Positions 13,471-26,812 of a DNA stretch of 64,000 bases are shown piece after piece. Both the position numbers and the translations under genes were made by a program. The notes below the pieces were generated by a model. It made no database searches and had not been told where the DNA came from. It was given only the letters and a program-made list of their open reading frames with translations. The stretch lies in assembly GCF_009914755.1 (NCBI RefSeq), contig NC_060945.1; one strand, given 5' to 3'. The stretch is from the human T2T-CHM13v2.0 reference genome, Homo sapiens. Positions within the stretch are counted from its first letter, which is position 1. Every line of letters begins with the position of its first letter.

Positions 13471-14116
13471 TGTGGTAGGCAGGATTCTACAATGGGTCCC
13501 CAAGATCCTTACCTTCTAGTGTATGTGCCTGGGTGATTCCTTCCCCTTGAATGGGTGTGGCATCTGTTACTATGATGGACAGATTCCTCCCATGGGCAGG
13601 TTGTGCCATGTGGCAAAGGTGAAGGGCTTGTTCAGGTATCATTGAGGTTCTAATCACTTGACTTTCAGTTAATGAAAAGGAAAGTTTCCTGGGTGGGCTG
13701 GGTTTAATCAGATGCGCCCCTTAGAAGAGGAGATGGAGGTCAGAGACAAAAGAGGTCAGAGGGATTGGAAGCCATGTGAGACTTTCCTATTGGTCCTGAA
13801 GAAGGAAGCTACCATGCTGTAGGGGGTGTGACAGGGAGTAACAGGCAGCCTCTGGAAGCTGGTGACTCCAGCCTCATAACCAAACAAAAAAAAAAAAAAA
13901 AAAAGATCCCATATCCTGTGAGCCTGGGAGACCTTGACCTCAGATGAGGGCACAGGCCCAGCTCACACCGTGATTCATCTGTCGGACCCTCAGCAGGGGA
14001 CTCAGCTCAACCAGACCTGGATGCCTGACCCTTAGAAACGATGAGATAAGACATTTGTATTGTTTTAACGTGTTAAGGTTGTAGCAATCTGTTCCACAGC
14101 ATAGAAAATAAATACA
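13471..14116 (+). mobile_element. MaLR solo LTR (MLT1E/F-type)
   Basis: Begins tgtggtaggcaggattcta; ends gttccacagcatagaaaataaataca. Confidence 0.8.
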
Positions 14117-15628
14117 AGTGGGTAAGCCCTCCTGTAACATACCTTAATGTAAAAATACCACAATCATTTTTCTGAAACAGTATTGCCTTGTTTTGAAGTA
14201 TGAATATCGGACAAAAGTCTGACTAAACACCCACACAGACACCGCAGTCAGCTTCATTTTTTTTCACCATCATTTTTCTGGTCTTAGTAAACAGCCACAG
14301 GCAGGTGTGTGTGTGACTTGTGCATGCACAAACATGCATGTACATATGTGGTACACCATGGTAGCCAGATCCTTCTGAACCCACAACTTTTCAGTGGCTT
14401 TTCCTGAGCCATGCCGTGCCGTGCAGATGCTACGATCCTGGAGGGACATGTCACATTCACAGCTGTCATCCCACCAAGCATGCACATATGTCCCTTTTCT
14501 CTTCCCATGTCCATAAGACTCTAGTATTTTTGGCCTTTCCTCTCACTAGAGCAAGAGTGTTCATTCTTTAAATGTTTGACTGATCCTTTAACCAAATCAT
14601 CATGTGGAAACCCAGCACATAACACAAGTGGAAGTGGGGTGGCTCTTGAAGCTGGGGTCAGGGAGAGAATGGAGTCTCCCACTGGGCCTCTTGCTTACCA
14701 CTGGGCACTGCTGAGGCCCACCTAGTTTGAGGTAAGAACCTAGTTTGGGATCCACTGCAGTGGAGGGAGTGTGGAAAGCCACATGGTAGAATCTCTTCTA
14801 GGACATCTTGTCTGTCGTGTTGCTGGTATACCTGCCACTGCACATGGCACACTACCATAGGCTATAGAGCACTGGAATCTTGAGCAGTGTGGATTGGCAG
14901 TACTTCCCAGTGTCTACTGAGGGGCAGCACCACTGGTGGCTATGCAAACATAGCATGCAATCTACCCCCTTTCAGGTCTACTGAGGTGTGGTCACATAGT
15001 CACCCCAGCACACGTCACAGGCACACACTATCCACACCTTCACAAGTATGTATGGCTCAAAGTATGGGTGGTCAGAAGATTCAGAGGTATCCAGATGTCA
15101 GCTTATTTTTTTGCTTCCTCTTAGCTCTACTTTCAGATCTCCTCCCAATGAGATTGCTAATTGATGGTGGGGAGGGAGTAGAGATCACATATTACACCTG
15201 CTGCTGGCCCTCTCACATGTACCTTCAGAGTTAGGTGCATTAGTGATGTGTTCAGTAAATATTTGAACTTAACTATCTCTATTGATACATATGCAAAGTT
15301 TACTCTTGTGTAAAGGGATCAAGGCTGAAACTAGCTTTTGCCTTCAGAGTGAAAACAGCAATTGGAAGATTAATAGATTGCATTTTGTTTGTGTTCTCTT
15401 TCCTTACGGCTTGACTCGTATTATAGTATTGGCAAATAAAATGGCATCAGGATTTCACAACTGTTTTTAGAAGTCAGGTTTAGTTGCTGTTGTGCTCAAA
15501 AACAGAAAAGCCAGATCACCAAGTCATCCTTCGTGTTTCTGCAGCAATAATGGGGTACAAGTTCTCACTGATAGAGCAGTCCTGGAAAGAGAACGTGAAC
15601 TGTGAGCAGTAGTCACAGACCCCAAAAA

Positions 15629-15900
15629 ATATGTCCATGCACCTGAGTCTATATTTATGGATAAAAGATGATATCCATGGCCCTGAGACTCTGACTACAG
15701 GCATGAGAATATGTCCATGTACCTGAGACTCTATTTACGGATGAGAGATGATATCCATGGCCCTGAGGCTCCGACCACAGACATGAGAATATGTCCATGC
15801 ACCGGAGACTATAGTTATGGATAAGAGACTATGTCCATGGCCCTGAGATTATGATCACAGACATGAGAATGTGTCCATGGAACTGTGAATATGACTATGA
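15629..15900. repeat. Tandem repeat, 80-bp unit made of two related 40-bp halves, ~3.3 copies
   Basis: atgtccatg recurs at 15631, 15711 and 15791 (gtgtccatg at 15871); at(a/g)tccatggccctgag recurs at 15671, 15751 and 15831. Confidence 0.92.
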
Positions 15901-16570
15901 GCCCAAGAATCTTTAGATAGTGGTAGAGAAACTACCTGTAGAGAACAAGCACAGACTTGTCCTCTAAACAAATATTTCTATTGCAAATAATCCCTTGCAA
16001 AAGTACAATTTTGCCTTTATTAGGGTTAAGTTTCTCTTTTTAGTATGACCAGTGACCTAATAACACAGTTTAAGCCTCCAGGCTCCCTAGATTAGGAAGA
16101 CTGGTACAGGACGTGTGTCTGGCATAGACAACTGAATCGGATGCTCGCTGTTAATGTAGCTATCTTTCTTCGCTTGCAAGAACGTTGATAAACGCTGAAA
16201 CTTCAACCTGAGCCTAAAATAGTATCTTATTGAGAAAGAACTGAGCAAATGTTGGTAATTATTATTTTACTGGAAATCTATCTGTATTTTTACACAATTT
16301 AATTGAAATTGTAAGTGTAATCCAAACTTCAAAATTACAAAGCTTTCTCATTGAAGTATAAATACGATCTGTAATCAATTTGACTGGGCATTTGTTCTCT
16401 GAATTGTCCTTTGTCCCTTCTTCCAATCAGATAAATAAAATAGCATTTAATTCTGTAAACTGCTGAAATGCCTAATTATATTAGGTATTGAGTCTACAAA
16501 AGTGGTTGACACAATTCTTCACCGTTTCTAAATTATTGAATTTTTCATGTGAACCTGGGAGATGAAGTGA

Positions 16571-16855
<285 letters not shown>

Positions 16856-19039
16856 CACTCCACTTCTTTTTGAAAATGCAGACTTATCCTAAAGAAATAT
16901 TGACACTCAGTTCTGCATAGTCCTTGTCCCATACCACCAGCAAAAGTGGGATTCATGGCATCTTCCTTGGGGTAACTGGGGTACCCAAGGCAGGGTTTTC
17001 GATAGTCAATCCCAGCTCCATACACTATCAGCACTGGAGACAAAAGCAAAGCATAATTGATTGACAAATTAGACCTTGGGCCTTGGGGTCAAGTTTTGAG
17101 ACAGAACTCCATGATTCTTAAAACTCCAATATTAATTAAAAATTGATCTAAAATTGTGAGTTAATAAGGATCTGTGAAGAGCCTTCCCTTCTTATTGGAT
17201 TTCTGTACATTCTTCCAAAAATGCAGATGCAAAACATTTTGTGGATGATCAATTTGCTCTTTAAATAATAATTCCAGTGACATTTGCATTATTGCCTAGC
17301 AATGTAAAAAGGAGTATTTCACCCCTACTCTGAAGGAGTGGAGAGCAAATAATCAAATATTGAGGGTCAGGAAGCATCCCACTCTGTGGCAAGCAGGTGT
17401 TTTCAGACACCACTTCAGCTCTCATACACTGGTTCTGTGCAGTCTGATGGCTACAGCAGATTGTCCCTGAGGACAATCCAGTTCAGAGACACTTAGGTAA
17501 GGTGCCCAAAGACCCACGGGCAGCAGGTGACAGAGCCAGCATTTGCACAGCTGTTTGTCTGTTACATTTTTAAAAAATTAACTTATGGCTGCCTTCACTC
17601 AGGACTTAGCTTTCTAGATATCTCTATTGATGTGTGACTTCCTAATGGCATTACATTTGAACCTTAGATTCCCTAAATAATCCAATTTCTTAGAGCAGAA
17701 CTGGCTGACACCTGCACATTCCCTGGAAGGACTACCTGTGCATTTTAGAAAAAAACTAAAGCAAATGAGGATTAGTTTGGGTGTAGACATTACAATGTGA
17801 GAAGGGCTACAGAGGCAGCAAAAACACCAGGTGAGAGTGGATGCCTGGGGCTGCTCGGAGGAGCAAGGCCTGGCTTGCCAAGGTGAGAGCAGAGAGTGAC
17901 GTGGAAGATGGCAGGCTCAGAATAACAGGGAGTCATTGTCAGGGGCAGAAAGGCTGAAGAGAAGAGCGTATCATGGCCCCTGAGCAGGTGTTCTTTGCTT
18001 CCATCAGAGCAGATATGGGATGGAATAACAGCATTTTTGATACTCTAGTAGTGGGGGAGATAGCATAGACATCAAACCTGCCCATACACAGGAGGTGACC
18101 AGCAATGGCCAACAGCTTTCCCGCCCCTGTACTGCTTGGGGAACAGAGTCCCGGCAAGAAGACAAAAGTTGCAGAGACAATCCAGCACAGCATTTAGATC
18201 TGCTAATGTCTCATCTCAATGTATACTTCTGTGCTGGAATATTTTGGGAAGGTTCTATGTGGGCATCAATTTGACATCAGTTGCTCCTTCCTTTATTAAG
18301 GTGGAGGCTACTTTTCTCACTACCACGGTAGTATTTATCAGAACTTATCTGTTCCTTAAACAGGCTTGGCCAAGGCCCCTCAGAGTTTCCCTTAAAATAA
18401 TACAGAACCTTTGTTGTATGGTTTTTGTACGTTTGGGTAATAGTCACAACCCAATCCAAATTGTAAGGAACAGCAAGAATTATTGTTGTAGAACAAAATG
18501 AGCAGCAATTTAAATTTTTACTAAATCACCATGAATTCTTGCAAGAATTAAAAAAAATTAACATGAAGTTCTCAAATTAAGGACTTATTCTAAAGTGATT
18601 CAGCTGGCAAAGAATAATAGAACTTCAGTCTGTACATAATTTTCAAGAAGTGGAAGGATGGATTTAATCAGAGTTTACACTAATAGCTGAATAGCTACTA
18701 AAATTATTCTAACAAGATACAAAACATGTATGACAAGTATTACAGCTCTAGGATAAAATGAGTTTCTATTTACAATAATACTTGGCCAAAAAAAACAAAA
18801 AACAAAAAAAAAGAAAAGAAAGAAGAAAAAATATAGAGGAAGAAGAAGCAATGGATTAGACACATCAAGCAAAGGCAAGAGAGGAAGTTAATGGTCTGAA
18901 TTGCACTGGGATATTTTGGGAGGGCAGCAAAGGTTTGCACTGAGAATAGCCTGATGAACTGCAGGGTAAAGGCAAGTGAGCTCTCTGTGACCCAGCCCTT
19001 CCAGCAACTGCTGGGACCCACCGCCCACCCGTCTCTCAC

Positions 19040-19195
19040 CATCCTCTTTGGTCCGGGTGAAGATCTGCTCACTCCTGACCCCGTCTCCTGCGCGGGTGAA
19101 GGCCAGCACCTGGATGCTGTAGTTGGTGTACTTTTCCAGCCCGTCCAGCTCCAGTGAAGGCTGTGTGGTGGTGATGTTTTTAATCTCACCCAGCT
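19040..19195 (-). CDS. DSCAM: DSCAM coding exon (156 nt), second half of FNIII repeat 3: [52 protein letters not shown]
   Basis: ORF 18888..19349(-). Acceptor cctccag|AG; donor GATG|gtgaga. Phase 1 to 1. Confidence 0.97.
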
Positions 19196-19705
19196 CTGGA
19201 GGACAAGAACAAGAAAACAAAATCCCACTTCTGAGCCCATTTCTGCTCGTTTTTCCGCACTGTCCCCACTGACTGTCCCTGTGCCATGCCATCACCCGTC
19301 CAGCCATCATCTGGACACGAGAATTCTCAAAGGGACTGTGCACAGTCATCCTGTGAGCTCATGGTGTCACGTGGCCCTTTGGAAAAGAACATTCACACCA
19401 AACTGCTCCAGAACACAAGGCAGAACGTTGGTCTGGAAAACGAAGTAATTCGCTCCAAGTTAAGTGTTATCAACCCAAGGCCAGCACCAGGGCTGCCACT
19501 CACCCTTCAGCAGGTGCTAATGAGCAATGTCCCCTGCACCCCTAGCAGCACACTTAGGGCGACACACACACGCTGCACACTTGGCAGCCCCACTGCCGAC
19601 TATTCATTAGGAAGCTTCTGCAAGCTGAGGGGTTTTATTGTTATTTTAAACAAGCTCTACTTTAACATACATGTATTTTTAAGTACCTAACTTCATCCCA
19701 AATAT

Positions 19706-19990
19706 CTGATCTACCCTCTTCAGCAAGTTTCAAGTCTATAAGACAGTGTCTTTAACTATAGTCACCACTTTGTACATTAGATCTCCAGAACTTATTCATC
19801 TTGCATAACTGAAACTTTGTATCATTTGGGGGTGGAGGAAGAAAATGGCAACTATGTGAGATGGTGGACCCGCTGTTAATTTGCTTGATTGTGGCGAGCA
19901 TTTCACATTGGATACATACATCAAAACAAGCTGCATGTCTGAAATATATGCAATTTTTATTTGTCAACTATACCTTAATAAAGCTGAAAA
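19706..19990. mobile_element. L1MA/MB 3' end with inverted 5' segment
   Basis: 19706-19828 is reverse-strand L1M 3' UTR; 19841-19990 is the forward-strand continuation ending aataaagctgaaaa. Confidence 0.75.
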
Positions 19991-20839
19991 GATAACATAT
20001 TTAAATAAGAAAAAAATACACCTGAGCTAAACTGAGTGGCTCAGCCAACCCCTCTTTTTACCTGGAGTGAACTCCTCTCAGCTTCAATCCTGAAGTGACA
20101 TGCCCATGTGTCAGAAACTTGGTGTCAGCTAAAAATGCTTCACTTTCAGGAGTGGGATCAACTAATAACATTCACAGATGGAACACTATGCGCTCTCAAC
20201 TCCAGCATATGATACACGGCAATTTGAGAAAACTTACGAATGTTGTGCTAAGTACTTCCTTGGTGTTTGGCTGATGGGTTTTGAAATGAGTCGCCTTCAG
20301 AGCATGAGAAGGGCCTGAGAACTGTTCCCCTAGGGGAAGGGGCTGTCAGCGACACATTGGTACCCAGAGCAGGCCGGTTACCCCAAGAGACCAGCAGGTC
20401 TGGGGAGTTCCTTGTTGAACAGCTCTGATTTGGCAGACCTGCTCGTCAACTGACAATCCAGCTGCTTGTCAATCCCTCTCACTCTCCCTGGCCTCCATAT
20501 AGGGAGTGGATGTGATATGCATGCCTGCCTAGGTGCCAGCGCTATGCTATTCTAAGTACAGATAGTAACTTATACAACCAGCAGAGTTATTCAATTACTT
20601 TTGCAACCCATTCATTTTACAGACAAGGAAGTCGAGGGACAGAGAGGATCAAGGAGCCCAGCACAGTGGCTGAGGGCACAGGCCGCGGATCTCAGCTGCT
20701 CTCCTCAGTCGCTCTGGGAAAAAGCAGAAAATGGGCTGAAAATGGAGGCACCCACGAGCCGTCGTGTCGGCCAGATTAAACGGGCTTTTGCTTTTTGCCT
20801 GTCTTGGTTTTCCTTCCTGCTCATTGTTTTTCTTTTCTC

Positions 20840-20946
20840 TTGTGTGTCCAGGATATTGCACAGAAGTTCACAAATGAATAGCCACGTATTTTGTGTGTCC
20901 AGGATATTGCATGGAGGTTCACAAATGAATAGCCATGTATTTTGTG
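20840..20946. repeat. 51-bp tandem duplication (2 copies)
   Basis: tgtgtgtccaggatattgca...cacaaatgaatagcca(c/t)gtattt at 20841 and 20892. Confidence 0.92.
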
Positions 20947-21519
20947 ATTACGATGACTGTGGAACATCTTTTGTTCATCTTTTTTTTGTCACCAAAAAGA
21001 TCAATGTGGAACGGATACAGCATTAAAGGAGCATGGCAAATACTGCATGGGATGGCTGAGGCCTGTCCCTCACATGCCAGAGAGCCCCTGTGCCTTCTAG
21101 GAGTTGCAAGAAGAGGGGTAAAGGGGCTCCATGTGGCTCCCACAGTCCAGGCCCCAGTGGGAGCCAAAGGCCTGGGAGCACCAGAAGCAGACAGTTCTGT
21201 AGGCTGGGGCTTTGCTGGGGAGGGAGCAGGGCGAGGATGGCCCAAAGACAGGCCTTTGGACTCCTATCTTCTAGGGAGGCCAGCAGGGTGCCAGCTGTTA
21301 AAGGTCACAATTTGGAAATCTCAACGGAGGGCTTACGAAAATGAGGAGACTGTGTGAGCATGTGTGGTCACCAGGTAGTCAAAATATCAATACTTGGTTG
21401 TCCCAGATGGATTGGAAATTCTCATCTCTGAAGGACGGGTCTTTCCATATTCAATTATATTCCTTTTCCTGAATATATTTAACATAAGTCTTTTGGATTA
21501 GGATAAAAACCCAAATGTA

Positions 21520-21682
<163 letters not shown>

Positions 21683-22078
21683 AAACTCATATGCTAATGG
21701 ACAAACTTTAAATATAGAACTCATTAAGATCTTTTCAGATTTAGAAACTTCACTGTCAAAGATCACACACGTACATCCCTACAGATATATACACACGCAA
21801 TCAATAAAAATACAGCTGAGGGGAGGGGCTGATCAGGGCAGGGTGCTGGTAGCTGGTTATGAGACTCTGATGAAGGTCTTTTTTTCCCAAGAGTGCAGGG
21901 TGTCCACCTCACAGAAAAAGTAGGATCATTTCACAATATAGGAGAAAGCTGTGACCCTCCGGCAAATACTTGAATCAGAATGCAACTCTTGAATCAGACA
22001 GAATGAGGAAGAGGAGCCTGGTGGGGAGGGAGAAGGACAACCTGGCCTCTCTGATCTTCTTAAAGAAAGCAAACACTT

Positions 22079-22380
22079 GGCCCGGTGCAGTGGCTCATGC
22101 CTGTAATCCCAGCACTTCGGGAGGCCAAGGCGGGTGGATCACGAGGTCAAGACATCGAGACCATCCTGGCTAACACGGTGAAACCCCATCTCTACTAAAA
22201 ATACAAAAAATTAGCCTGGCGTGGTGGTGGGCACCTGTAGTCCCAGGTACTCGGGGAGGCTGAGGCAAGAGAACGGCGTGAACCTGGGAGGTGGAGCTTG
22301 CAGTGAGTCGAGATCGCACCACTGCACTCCAGCCTGGGCGACAGAGCGAGACTCTGTCTCAAGGAAAAAAAAAAAAAAAA
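22079..22380 (+). mobile_element. AluY-like element with TSD aaagcaaacactt
   Basis: Full dimer, A tail, 13-bp direct flanks. Confidence 0.93.
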
Positions 22381-22781
22381 AAAGCAAACACTTAAAACAA
22401 AATGATTAAAAATGCTAATGGTTAATATACTAATTAGAATTAACATTGGGGGGGGGGGGTTCAAGTTATTTTGATTAACTAATTTATCATGAACCATGAA
22501 GACAAAGGCAGTCAAAATCCCAATTTTAAGATTTCTAAAACTACCTGAGCCACAGTTGGCTCTATCTGCTAGAACACCTCATAGGCTGTGAAGGAAGGCT
22601 ATTTTCCTGATGACAGATACTAGGTGACTAGCAGATATGGAAGAAATAAAAAGCAAAGAATGAAAAAGAAGAAAGCCAGATACAAAACTGAGTGTTTAGT
22701 TTGCCATTCTTTTTAATGCTTTTTCTTTTTAAACATGAGTTTCTACAGTCTAGCTTTCATGCCTCTGTAGGGCTGTTTAAT

Positions 22782-22790
22782 ACACACACA

Positions 22791-22832
<42 letters not shown>
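22782..22832. repeat. (CA)n microsatellite
   Basis: Direct reading. Confidence 0.92.
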
Positions 22833-22836
<4 letters not shown>

Positions 22837-23414
22837 CTGAAGTGTATTGTTCAGTTGAGGTCATGAGTGAAATAAAATTAAAAAAATATATAAAATAAAT
22901 TTAGAAATCAGATTTTTTCTATTAAAAATTTTGTTTTAAACAAAATAGTTTTGTGTATTTATATCTTGCCTCATCCTCAGAGGGTTTTAAGGCAGAAAAC
23001 AATAGGTGCGGGAATAGCTTCTGAAGCAAGCCTCAGCTGCCCACACACTCCAGTTGGCACCTAATTGTTGCTTCCTTTCAGAATGTACCATTTTTTCCAT
23101 GAAGAAAGATGGATGAGATGGAAGTTAGCAAAAATTCAGAGGAAAATGGTAACTTTTCAAAGGATACAACTTTCCTAGCAATCTCAAATAAATTGTTTCT
23201 TTCAGGCCTTAACCATGATTTAACTTTCTGACCATGAAAAAAAAATCAGAAAATTCATCAAAATATTGTTTATTTAACCTTCCCTATCAAATATACTAAC
23301 CAGTTTTATTTCATCTGACCACATTAACAACAGAATTCTTTCTTAGACGTATTTTGGAAAGTATTCGGGCTATTGCTAATTACAGTGGTAGTAACAATAT
23401 TTGCCCCTCTCAGC

Positions 23415-25225
23415 CTGTGTGAATGTGTGGGGGGTGTGTGTGGTGTTTGTGGTATGCGATGTGCATGGTGTGTGTGCGCCTGTGTGTGTGGTGTGTGTGT
23501 ATGGTGTATGTGTGTGCTGTGTGTATGAGGTATATGTTGTGAGTAGCATGGGGTGTGTTACATGTGTTGTGTGATGTGTGGTGTGGTGAGTGGTGTATGT
23601 GGGGGGTGCGTGTGGGGTGTGCGTGGTGTGGTGTGTGTGTATGTGTGGTGTAGTGTGTGGTGTATTGGGGGTGTGTGTGGTGTGTGTGTGTGCATATGTA
23701 TGCGGAGTGTGTGTGGTGTATGTGGGGTTTGTGTATGTGTGGTGTGTGACATATACGGGGTGTGTGTGGTGTGGTATGTGGTGTAGGTGAGGTGTGTGTG
23801 GTGAGTGTGTGGTGTATGTGGGGTACGTGTGTGTGGGGGGTGTGTGTGGTGTGATATGTGGTGTATGTGTGGTGTGGTGTGTGGTGTATGTGTGGTGTGT
23901 GTGGTGTGTATGTATGTGGTGTGCAGTATATGTGGGCTGTATGTGTGGCATAGTGTGCAGTGTATGGGGGGTATGTGTATGTGTGGTATGTGTGGTGTGT
24001 GTACGTGTGGTGTGGTGTGTGGTGTATGTGGGGTGTATGTGTGGTGTGTGTGCATGTATATGTGGGGTGTGTGTGGTGTGTAAGTGTGGTGTGTGTGGTG
24101 TGTATGTGTGGTGTGGTACATGGTGTATATGGGGTGTGTGTGGTGTGGTGTGTGGTGTATGTGAGATGTGCCTGGGGTTATGGTGTGTGGTGTATGTGTG
24201 GTGTGTGTGTAGTGTGTGTGTAGTGTGTGTTGTGTGTGTGTGTATGTATGTGTGGTGTGTGTATGCATGAGTATGTGGGATGTGTGGTGTGGTGTGTGGT
24301 GTGTGTATGTGTGGTGTGTACATGTGGTGTGGTACATGGTGTATGTGGGGTGTGTGTGGTGTGGTATGTGGACCCTGAAAACCTGAGACAGGTCTCAGTT
24401 AATTTAGAAAGTTTATTTTGCGAAGGTTGAGGACGTACCCACAACACAGCTTCAGGAGGTCCTGACAACACGTGCCCAGGGTGGTCGGGGCACAGTTTGG
24501 TTTTATACATTTTAGGGAGACGTGAGACATCAATCAATATAGGTAAGAAGTATATTGGTTCGGTCTGGAAGGCAGGACAACCTGAAGCAAAGGCAAGAAG
24601 ACAGGAAGCGGGGAGGGGACTTACAGGTCACAGGTAGGTGAGAGGGGAAGGGTTGCGTTCTTCTGAGTTTCTGATCAGCCTTTCCAAAGGAGGCCATCAA
24701 ATATGCATCTATCTCAGTGAGCAGAGGGGTGACTTTGAATAGAATGGGAGGCAGGTTGGCCCTGAGCAGTTTCCAGCTTGACTTTTCCTTAGTGATTTTG
24801 GGGGCCAAAAAGATATTTTCCTTTCATAGGTGTATGTGGTGTTTGTGTACGTGTGGTGTGGTATGTGGTGTATATGGAGTGTGTGTCATGTGGTGGGTGA
24901 TGTACATGCAGTTTGTGTATGTGTATGAGGGGTGTGTGTCATGTGGCGTGTGGTATATGAGGGATGTGTGTGTGGTGTGATATGTGGTGTATGTGTGGTG
25001 TGTGTGTGTGGTATGCGTGGTGTGGTATGTGTGGTGTATGTGGGGTGTGTGTATGTGTGTTGTGTGTGCATGTGGGGTGTGTGAGGTGTGGTGTGTGTGG
25101 TGAGTGTGGGATATGTGTGGGTGTGGTGTGGTATGTGATGTTTGTGAGGTGTGTGTGTGGTATGTGTGGTGTGTGGTGTATGTGGGGTGCATGTATGTGT
25201 GGTGTGTGCGCACGTGTATGTGGTG
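23415..25225. repeat. Degenerate (GT/GTGTG/GTAT)n satellite-like tract interrupted by an LTR
   Basis: About 950 nt plus 400 nt of G/T-dominated sequence; gives rise to the His/Thr- and Cys/Val-rich ORFs. Confidence 0.93.
24367..24828 (-). mobile_element. ERV1 solo LTR, MER4A-like
   Basis: Reverse complement begins tatgaaaggaaaatatc...ggcccccaaaatcactaagg and ends ctcaggttttcagggtccaca; 4-bp flanks ggta/ggtg. Confidence 0.85.
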
Positions 25226-26486
25226 TCGGTCAGCAGTCACTTCCTGCTCAGTGTCTGTGGGAATCCAGCCAGTCCCGGAGGCTGCAGTCTGGGGAGTTTG
25301 TGCAAAAGTGTCCAGTAGCCCCGTGAACTGACCTGCCTCATAAACGAAATCTCTCAGGTAGCAGGAAGAGTGACCATTCGCAGGCAGGTTCATGTTTCTG
25401 AAGGTTTCTTGCTTATCTTTCGGAAATGAAGTGCAGACTTCTACATCGCACATTTATCTCATCACTTTGATTTTAATCCCATGAGTGAAAGTATCTTTAA
25501 AAAGCTGCATGCACACTCCCAAGCATTTCTTTGTTTAAAGAATTATGTTTTTGAATATTCAAGTTTTCAAAGCTTTAAAGGTATGAAGCCACATCTTTCA
25601 TTTTAGAATGAAGATACCAGCAGGCAATGCTAGCAAATGTGAGTGAGCTTAGAAAATATGGGTGATGTGGATGAAGTCACCACTGGATTCTGAAATATTT
25701 CCAATAAGAACAGAAAAGACATCTTAGCATAACACTGCCTTTCAAAGAACATTAAGGGTATTTAATTTCATCCACTCAATATAAGGAGTAGAAATCAGAA
25801 GAAACATATGTAATGATATCCTATGGTATTTTGTCCATAAAAATAGATGACTTTTGCAAATTTTCATTGCTCTTTACTCTGGGGTGTTTTAAAACTTGTG
25901 TTTAGGTGGGAGGGGTGAAGGTGTTACAGAATCATCTACTTAAATCTGCCCTTCTGTGGGGCTGTCCCTTCTTGGGTCTGTGGTTCTGTATTCATTAGCA
26001 TCTCCCTCGGTCACTGGTCTGGAACCTCCACAGGGACAGACACAGCAACCTTGGTGTTTCCCATGAGCTCAGTGTCGAGTGGGTGTTTGGCAAATGTGTC
26101 TACTGCAGGACCAAGGAGGGCGGGGGGGTTCTTCTAGATTGCCTCCCATGGCTGGTACTGCTCCAGGTACTACATGTGGCAACAAAGGCATGAGGTCTGC
26201 TCTCAGTCCTGAGAAACACATGTTAGGGACACAGTTAGGGACATGCAGAGCTAAGGCTCAAAGGCCTATGCTCGCTGAGCCAGTAATGCTTGTGCTGCTC
26301 ATGTGTCTTCTTGCCTTTACTGTTGCACCAACCGTGGAGGCTGCTGCCACCTGTGGAGCCCTATGTTTACCTGCATGGGGACAGGGGTCTGCCTGGTAGA
26401 ACAGATCCAGGTGGTCCTGAGCAGGGAAGGGATAGGTCCTTGACCGCATTTGCCCAAAATTAGAGGTGAGCACTCATCAGGGATCA

Positions 26487-26812
<326 letters not shown>

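Noticed and set aside
15629-15900. CRISPR-like regular 40-bp periodicity
   Set aside because: The would-be spacers are homologous to each other, the context is eukaryotic, and there are no cas genes. It is a tandem repeat.
21000-21040. U6 snRNA-like words (ggaacggatacag...agcatggc)
   Set aside because: Only short, gapped similarity; the U6 5' stem and 3' part are not present in order.
23376-25453. Long His/Thr/Pro- and Cys/Val-rich ORFs (up to 315 aa)
   Set aside because: Translations of the GT/CA simple repeat, which lacks stop codons by composition; no splice or domain evidence.
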